NCBI GenBank assembly: GCA_965228735.1
Contig: OZ245838.1
Coordinates: 4,576,001-4,640,000 of the forward strand
Length of the DNA stretch: 64,000 nt
DNA from: Planctomycetota bacterium
Lineage (GTDB): Bacteria > Planctomycetota > UBA1135 > UBA2386
Direction: 5' to 3'
The notes under the pieces are model-generated. The model saw only the letters and a list, made by a program, of their open reading frames with translations. It was not told the origin of the DNA and did not search any database. The position numbers were made by a program, and so were the translations under genes. This document shows positions 57,974 through 64,000 of the stretch, one piece after another (positions within the stretch are counted from its first letter, which is position 1; each line of letters starts with the position of its first letter).

Positions 57974-59020
57974 GTGAAAGCAGCCATCATCGGAGCGGGT
58001 CATATTGCTCGTGCCCACATGGCTTGTCTGCGCGACTTGCCGGGGGTGGAGACCGCGGCGGTCTGCGATCTCTCCCGCACGCTGGCGGAGTCCGCGGCGG
58101 ATCAGTTCGGGATTCCCAACTGGTATACGGACTACAAGAGGATGTTGGAGGTCGAGCGGCCGGACGTCGTGCATATCGCGACGCCGCCGCGGAGCCACTA
58201 CGCGATGGCCGTAGATGCGCTCGAAGCGGGCGCGCACGTCTTCATCGAGAAGCCCATCGTCACCGAGTTCGACGATCTGAAGTCGCTCGTCGAGCTCGCC
58301 GATGCAAAGGAACGGATCCTGATCGAGGATCACAACTATCTCTTCAATCGGTCGGTCCAGAAAGTGCTGGGGTGGGTCGAATCGGGAGAGTTCGGCGAGG
58401 TGGCTCACATCGACGCGGTCATCGGCCTGGGGATCCTCGGCGAGGGCAGCCGGATGGCCGATCCGAACGTGCCGCATCCGAGCCTCGATCTGCCGGGTGG
58501 AGTGATCGCCGAATTCCTGACCCACCTCGCGTACATGAGCTGGGCGTTCGTCGGGCCAGCGCGTTCCGTCGCGACCAACTGGCGCAAACGGCAGGCGGAC
58601 TCGCCTCTCCCATCCGATGATTTCCGGGCTTTGATCGATGCCGAGCGTGGGACCGCGAGTCTCGTGTTCAGCGCGCACATCCAGCCGGATGCGTTCTTCA
58701 TCCGGGTTCACGGCAGCAAGATGCGGGCCGAAGCCCACCTGTTCGAACCGAAGTTGGTGAGCGAGCGGGTTCGCGGGGCGGGGCCGCTGACGCCGATCCT
58801 CAACGGGGTGGCGCTTGCACGAAAGGAGCTGCGTTCGGCCTGCGCCAGCTTGTGGCGCAAATTGAGCGGTGGCCCCGGGAGCTACGAGGGGCAAACGGAA
58901 CTCCTGCGGCGAAGCTACGAGAGCTTCGCGAAGGGCACACCGCCGCCGATCTCGATCGCCCAGATCGAAGACGTCAACCGCCTCGTCGCCGAGGTCGTGA
59001 ACGAGGCCAATCAGATATGA
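57974..59020 (+). CDS. Gfo/Idh/MocA oxidoreductase
   Basis: IIGAGHIA, HIATPPRSH, VFIEKP. Confidence 0.88.
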   Translation: MKAAIIGAGHIARAHMACLRDLPGVETAAVCDLSRTLAESAADQFGIPNWYTDYKRMLEVERPDVVHIATPPRSHYAMAVDALEAGAHVFIEKPIVTEFDDLKSLVELADAKERILIEDHNYLFNRSVQKVLGWVESGEFGEVAHIDAVIGLGILGEGSRMADPNVPHPSLDLPGGVIAEFLTHLAYMSWAFVGPARSVATNWRKRQADSPLPSDDFRALIDAERGTASLVFSAHIQPDAFFIRVHGSKMRAEAHLFEPKLVSERVRGAGPLTPILNGVALARKELRSACASLWRKLSGGPGSYEGQTELLRRSYESFAKGTPPPISIAQIEDVNRLVAEVVNEANQI

Positions 59021-60024
59021 AAGTCCTGATCACCGGCGCCAGCGGCTTCCTCGGCCGTCGAGTCGTGGCGGCGTTCCTCGCGAAGGGCGTCGACGTCCGG
59101 GTCATGGTTCGGCCCGCGACTCGAGTCGAGCGGTTCGGCTGGCCTGACAGCGTCGAGATCGTCAGGCACGACCTTCGGGCGCGAGGTTCACTGCAAGCGG
59201 CGTTCGACGGCGTGGACACGTTGGTCCACCTCGCCGCGTGCGTCGGTGGGGACGACGACGAGCGCTTCGCCTCGACGGTGGTCGGAACGGAGCACCTGCT
59301 CAGCGCGATGGCGCAATCGCAGGCTCGCCGCCTCGTGCTCGCCAGCACCTTTTCGGTCTACGACTGGTCCGCGATCCGCGGCACCCTCGACGAGTCTTCG
59401 CCTCTCGAGGCCGATCTCTACACCCGGGACAGCTATGCGGTGACCAAGTTTTGGCAAGAACGCATGGTGATTCGCATGAGCGAGGAGAACGGTTGGGATC
59501 TGCGGGTCCTGCGCCCGGGTTTCATCTGGGGCGAGGGCAACTCCGACCTCGCGGGGATCGGGCAGCGCTTCGGGCGGTTCAGCTTCGTGTTCGGGCTCCC
59601 CAATCGCCGCATGCCGCTGACCCACGTCGACAACTGTGCCGATTGTTTCGTCGCGGTGACCCTCGCCGAGGGGCTCGAGGGGCAGATCTTCAACGTCGTC
59701 GACGACGCGGGGGTCTCGGCCTGGCGTTACGACCGCGTGTACCTTCGTCGCAGCGGTCGCAAGGGTATCCGAATTCCGGTCCCGTACCGTTTGGCCTACT
59801 GGGGCACGCGGGTTGCTCAGCGGATCAGCAAGTGGGTCTTCCGCGGTAAGGGGAAGTTGCCGAGCATCCTCGTGCCCTGTCGATTCGAGGCCCGGTTCAA
59901 GCCGTTGCGATTCTCGAACCAGAAGCTCGCGGACCAAGTCGGTTGGACTCCGCCGCTGAGCTACGAAGAGTGTCTCGAGCGGACGTTCCGGTCAGAGGAG
60001 ACCGATCCGCTCGTGACCCAATAG
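59017..60024 (+). CDS. NAD-dependent epimerase/dehydratase (extended SDR)
   Basis: ITGASGFLG, VHLAA, YAVTK, LRPGFIWG; ATGA overlap. Confidence 0.9.
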   Translation: MKVLITGASGFLGRRVVAAFLAKGVDVRVMVRPATRVERFGWPDSVEIVRHDLRARGSLQAAFDGVDTLVHLAACVGGDDDERFASTVVGTEHLLSAMAQSQARRLVLASTFSVYDWSAIRGTLDESSPLEADLYTRDSYAVTKFWQERMVIRMSEENGWDLRVLRPGFIWGEGNSDLAGIGQRFGRFSFVFGLPNRRMPLTHVDNCADCFVAVTLAEGLEGQIFNVVDDAGVSAWRYDRVYLRRSGRKGIRIPVPYRLAYWGTRVAQRISKWVFRGKGKLPSILVPCRFEARFKPLRFSNQKLADQVGWTPPLSYEECLERTFRSEETDPLVTQ

Positions 60025-60038
60025 AGTCGACCCACCGA

Positions 60039-61349
60039 GTGTCCAAGCCCAGCTCACCCGATACGCAGCTTCCCGATCCGGCCAGCGCCGGCGATCGGCC
60101 ATCGATTGCCTACTTGACCAGCGTCTATCCGCGCGCGACCGACACGTTCGTGCGAGCGGAGATCGTCGCCCTCGAGGAGCTCGGGTTCGACATCCATCGC
60201 TTCGGCGTGCGACGCCCTGACGCATCGCAGCTCGTCAGCGCAGCAGTCGAGGACGAGGCGAAGCGCACGACCTACCTGCTCGGCCGAGACCGCCTGTTGG
60301 CGCTCATGCTGGCCGCAGTCGCTGCGGCGCTCGGGTCGCCGGTGCGGACCATCCGTGCCGTGCCGCTGACGTTCTCGACGGGCGGCCGCGGCCTCGCGGC
60401 CCGGATCCGGCAGGTCGCCTATTTGTTCGAGGCGATGCTGCTCGCTCGTGAGCTGCGGCGTCGTCGGGTAGACCACCTGCACAACCACATCTCCGAGAAC
60501 TCGGCGCACGTCGCGATGCTGGCCTCCCAGCTGACCGGCATTCCGTTCAGCACCACCGTCCACGGGATGGAGTTGCTGTCCGCGGCCGAACTCGGGCTTG
60601 GCGAGAAGATCGAGCGCTCGGCGTTCACGGTGTGCATCAGCGGATTCACGCGCAGCCAGTGCATGATGCACCTGTCGCGCTCGACGTGGGCGAAGCTCGT
60701 TGTCGTTCGCTGTGGCGTCGGGGCGGAGTTTCTCGAAGCCGCTGCGGCGCCGTTCCCCGAGCGCCACCGGTTCGTGTGTGTCGGCCGGCTGAGCCCGGAG
60801 AAAGGGCATCTGCAGCTCATCGAGGCAGCGCGACTGCTGGCCGAGGCCGGCCTGGACTTCGAACTGGTGATCGTGGGCGATGGTGAGCTGCGCCCAGAGC
60901 TCGAGATCCAGATCGCGAGCAGTGGGTTGGACGAGCGGGTGAGGATCGCGGGGTGGCTCGACAGTGGTGCCGTTCGTCGCGCGATCGAGTCGTCGAGCGT
61001 TCTCGTCGTGCCGAGCTTCAGCGAGGGTATTCCTGTCGCGATCATGGAAGCGCTGGCGCTCGGTCGACCGGTCGTGAGCTCACGGGTCGGTGGGATTCCG
61101 GAACTCGTCGAGCACGGGAAGAGCGGATGGCTCGTGACCCCGGGCTCCGTCGAGTCTCTGGTGGCAGGCATGACGGCAGCCATCCAGGCCGGGCCGGAAG
61201 AACTTGCCGAGAAGGGCGGCAGCGGTGCTGAGCGGGTGCGCCAGTTGCACGATGTGACGGTCGAGGCCGCGAAGCTCGCTGCGCGGTTTCGAGCGGTGAT
61301 CGCTGGTCAGGCCGTCAGCTCGGGTAAGGGGCCGACTGTCCGTGCGTAA
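60039..61349 (+). CDS. Glycosyltransferase family 4, WcaL-like
   Basis: YPRATDTFV..EI, VGRLSPEKG, SEGIPVAIMEA. Confidence 0.9.
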   Translation: MSKPSSPDTQLPDPASAGDRPSIAYLTSVYPRATDTFVRAEIVALEELGFDIHRFGVRRPDASQLVSAAVEDEAKRTTYLLGRDRLLALMLAAVAAALGSPVRTIRAVPLTFSTGGRGLAARIRQVAYLFEAMLLARELRRRRVDHLHNHISENSAHVAMLASQLTGIPFSTTVHGMELLSAAELGLGEKIERSAFTVCISGFTRSQCMMHLSRSTWAKLVVVRCGVGAEFLEAAAAPFPERHRFVCVGRLSPEKGHLQLIEAARLLAEAGLDFELVIVGDGELRPELEIQIASSGLDERVRIAGWLDSGAVRRAIESSSVLVVPSFSEGIPVAIMEALALGRPVVSSRVGGIPELVEHGKSGWLVTPGSVESLVAGMTAAIQAGPEELAEKGGSGAERVRQLHDVTVEAAKLAARFRAVIAGQAVSSGKGPTVRA

Positions 61350-61414
61350 GGGCGGGTGTGTTCTTGTGGCGGTCTCGTGCGCCGGAACAATGGCGTCGCC
61401 CCTTCCCGAGGCCG

Positions 61415-62242
61415 ATGAGCGTCATTCCGGATATTCCCGCCATGGTGGCTGACCCACTTCCGGAGGTCGTGCTGACTGGCGTGCGCATTCACGCGATCGA
61501 CCAGCCACGGTGCGTTGCCCGTGTCATGGAGAGCCTCGACGCCGAGCGGGGTGGATGGATCGCGACGGCGAACCTCGACCATCTGCGCCGGTTGCGAAGC
61601 GACGCCGAGTTCCGCCGCGTCTACGACGACGCGGCGCTCGTCGTCGCCGATGGCATGCCGTTGGTTTGGGCGGCGAGACTCCAGGGCACGCCGCTACCGG
61701 AGCGCGTGGCAGGGTCCGATCTGATCCACAGTCTGTCGGCCGCTGCAGCAGAACGAGGGCGTCGTATCTTCCTGGTCGGCGGAGACCCTGGTACGGCGGA
61801 AGCCGCCGCGGCCAAGTTGGCGGCCGACAATCCGGGCCTGCAGGTCGCCGGTACCGACTGTCCGCCGTTCGGTTTCGAGCGTGATCCGGACCAGATGGCC
61901 GACCTGCGGCGCAAGCTGGCCGCGAGCGGCGCCGACCTCGTTTTCGTTGGGCTGGGCTCGCCCAAACAGGAGTTCCTGATCGACGCGATTCATGAAGTGC
62001 TGCCGGCCGCATGGTGGGTGGGCATCGGCATCAGTTTCAGCTTCGTCTGCGGTGAAGTCCGACGGGCCCCGGTCTGGGTACGGCGGGTCGGACTGGAATG
62101 GGCTCATCGCTTGCTGCAAGAACCCCGCCGACTCGGAGCGCGGTACCTCTGGCACGGGCCGCCCTTCGTCATGCGCCTGTTTGCGTCCGCGCTGTTCAGG
62201 CGCTTTCGGCCATCATCGGGCCGAACCCCGAGGAACCGGTAG
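61415..62242 (+). CDS. WecB/TagA/CpsF (GT26) glycosyltransferase
   Basis: TANLDH, VADGMP, ERVAGSD, GLGSPKQE, LEWAHRLLQEPRRL. Confidence 0.92.
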   Translation: MSVIPDIPAMVADPLPEVVLTGVRIHAIDQPRCVARVMESLDAERGGWIATANLDHLRRLRSDAEFRRVYDDAALVVADGMPLVWAARLQGTPLPERVAGSDLIHSLSAAAAERGRRIFLVGGDPGTAEAAAAKLAADNPGLQVAGTDCPPFGFERDPDQMADLRRKLAASGADLVFVGLGSPKQEFLIDAIHEVLPAAWWVGIGISFSFVCGEVRRAPVWVRRVGLEWAHRLLQEPRRLGARYLWHGPPFVMRLFASALFRRFRPSSGRTPRNR

Positions 62243-62351
62243 TCCGGACTGCGATGCGAATTCTCTGCAATCATCCTCGCGCAGGTCACTCGCCCCGGCG
62301 GCTTCGGCTGCAGGCGCGCTCTGCTCCACGTTCGGGCATGACAGCTCGGGG

Positions 62352-63260
62352 ATGGCAATCGTGACCCTTCCGACCTTCCTCGTGATCGGCGCCGAGAAGG
62401 CCGGGACCACCGCGCTGCACGCGGCTCTCGATCGCCATCCGCGGGTGTTCATGAGCAACCCGAAGGAACCCTCCTTCTTCCTCTCCGAGGATTCGCGTTA
62501 TCTCGAGCAGGATCTGATGGGGCAGCCCCACGGCGACATCCGGACCCTCGCGGAGTACGAGGCTCTCTTCGCGGCCGCCGCGCCGGGGCAGGCGATCGGA
62601 GAATCCTCGCCCTGCTACCTCTACAGCCCCGACGCCGCCCGCTTCATCAAGAGCCTGATCCCCGACGTGCGCATCGTCGTGATGCTGCGTGATCCGGCGG
62701 AGCGGGCTTTCTCGCAGTTCACGTTCAATCAGCAGCGTGGTTGGGAGCCGCTATCCAGGACCTTCCAGGAAGCGCTCGCGCTCGAGGACGAGAGGGTGCG
62801 GGCGAACTCGATGTGGGCGTTCCACTACGTCAATCGTGGCATGTACGCGCGTCAGCTCGCGCCATACGTGGAGACGTTCGGTGACCAATTGCGGGCCTGG
62901 GCCTACGACGAGTTCGTCAAGGATCCTGCGAAGGTGCTGGGCGAGATCCACGATTTCCTGGGCGTGGAACGTGTCGATCTGGAAGAGCCCGCCCAGAGGA
63001 AGAACGTCACCTCGCTGCCACGGCTCGGGATCATCCGCCAGTTGCTCGATCGCCCGAATCCCGTGAAGGCCCTGGTCGGCCGTCTGATTCCGACGCACTT
63101 TCGGCGAGCCATGGGCGCGAGACTGCGGCAGTGGAACTCCCGCCGCCCGGAGCGCGACGACAGTTCGATCGCGTCGCTGAGGCCACGCTTCGTGGACGAC
63201 ATCGAGGCGCTGGCGTCCGGGTTGCTACCTGGAGCGCGGCGGTGGTTGGAGCGCGACTGA
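62352..63260 (+). CDS. Sulfotransferase
   Basis: IGAEKAGTT (5'-PSB), KEPSFF, GESSPCY, LRDPAERAFS (3'-PB). Confidence 0.9.
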   Translation: MAIVTLPTFLVIGAEKAGTTALHAALDRHPRVFMSNPKEPSFFLSEDSRYLEQDLMGQPHGDIRTLAEYEALFAAAAPGQAIGESSPCYLYSPDAARFIKSLIPDVRIVVMLRDPAERAFSQFTFNQQRGWEPLSRTFQEALALEDERVRANSMWAFHYVNRGMYARQLAPYVETFGDQLRAWAYDEFVKDPAKVLGEIHDFLGVERVDLEEPAQRKNVTSLPRLGIIRQLLDRPNPVKALVGRLIPTHFRRAMGARLRQWNSRRPERDDSSIASLRPRFVDDIEALASGLLPGARRWLERD

Positions 63261-63264
63261 GCCG

Positions 63265-63999
63265 TTACGCGGAGCGTTCGTGACCCGCAGTCTCTTCGCG
63301 GATGGCGGCCGCGAGGAGTGCGGCGTGGTCGAGCATGGTGTTGTGGTTCCCGGGTACCCACTCGACGCGCAAAGTACGGAAGCTCTTGCCCCAGCCGTTG
63401 TCTGGATCCATGACCCGGACGCCCGAGCCGTTGACCGACGTCGCTCTCGTGCCGGGGCCCAGCCAGACCTTCCGTTCGTCTCGGGGGCGGAAGAGCAGAA
63501 CGGGGATATCCAGACTCGGCGGCGAGAACGCGGCCGCGGCAACCTTGAATGCGTCTCGAATCCGGATCGAGCGGATCTGGCTCGGTGTGAGTCTCTCGGC
63601 GGGCTCTCGGTTGGCCGGGTTGCTCGGCGAAGCGTCGTCGTTCCGCCCCAGGCTGTGGCGGGCCTTCGTCAGCACTGCCTTGGAGATGCCACCCTCGTGC
63701 AGCAGCCGGCGGATCTGGAACATCCGGCGTTGCCAACCCTGCAGACGGCTCGTGGGGTGGCGGGTGTCGATGAGAAACAGCCCGGAAACGGTTTCGCCGG
63801 CGTCAATGAGTTGTTGCGCCATTGCCATCGCTATCAACCCGCCTCCGGAGTAGCCGCCGAGGTGATACGGCCCGTTGGGTTTCACCTGGCGGATCTCGCG
63901 GAGGAAGTCGCGAGCGGCGTCCTCGATCGTCTCGTGTGGCCCGTCATCTCCGAGAACGCCGCGGTACTGCAGCCCGAACACCGGCCGGTCCTCGAACTC
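63265..63999 (-). CDS. Type I thioesterase domain, 3' part of a probable PKS/NRPS gene (5'-truncated)
   Basis: Frame is open to the window edge; PVFGLQ, GPYHLGGYSGGG, LIDT, PGNHNTML. Confidence 0.8.
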   Translation of the reverse strand, partial: EFEDRPVFGLQYRGVLGDDGPHETIEDAARDFLREIRQVKPNGPYHLGGYSGGGLIAMAMAQQLIDAGETVSGLFLIDTRHPTSRLQGWQRRMFQIRRLLHEGGISKAVLTKARHSLGRNDDASPSNPANREPAERLTPSQIRSIRIRDAFKVAAAAFSPPSLDIPVLLFRPRDERKVWLGPGTRATSVNGSGVRVMDPDNGWGKSFRTLRVEWVPGNHNTMLDHAALLAAAIREETAGHERSA

Positions 64000-64000
64000 G

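Noticed and set aside
1..64000. Transposases, integrases, prophage or defence genes
   Set aside because: No supporting motifs seen in any ORF.

Overview
High-GC diderm bacterial DNA. Planctomycetota-like origin is my inference from the style of the Lpt, signal peptidase and ScpA genes; it is not proven. The window has two halves. 1-31.2 kb is core-like: a fused MlaF-MlaE ABC protein (5'-truncated), an MshEN/T2SSE_N-like protein, tatA/B, ettA, FUN14, a DUF481 barrel, a coupled kdsD-kdsC-(983-aa LptC/LptA-like)-lptD operon, scpA, a kinase/HIT/HIT-like trio, fmt-rsmB, Hpt, a leuA-like gene, lysC-lepB-CPBP-CBM9, a basic AT-hook protein, a class IV aminotransferase and purF. 31.2-64 kb is an accessory surface-polysaccharide locus. 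It has a Wzc-like/Wzy/Wzx core, GT2, GT4 and GT26 transferases and unusually rich tailoring genes: PPTase, carrier protein, acyl-CoA dehydrogenase, DUF1839 and GH2 (without the amino acid:carrier-protein ligase that usually accompanies them), a LarA-family racemase next to a D-Asp-ligase-like ATP-grasp, AsnB, two GNATs, FkbM, an acetyltransferase, a kinase, a sulfotransferase, a beta-helix lipoprotein, and the thioesterase tail of a probable PKS/NRPS running off the right edge. The best candidate for an undescribed system is a carrier-protein/racemase/ligase-based glycan acylation pathway. No rRNA, intact tRNA, CRISPR array or transposase was seen. All calls come from reading motifs by eye; no searches were run.
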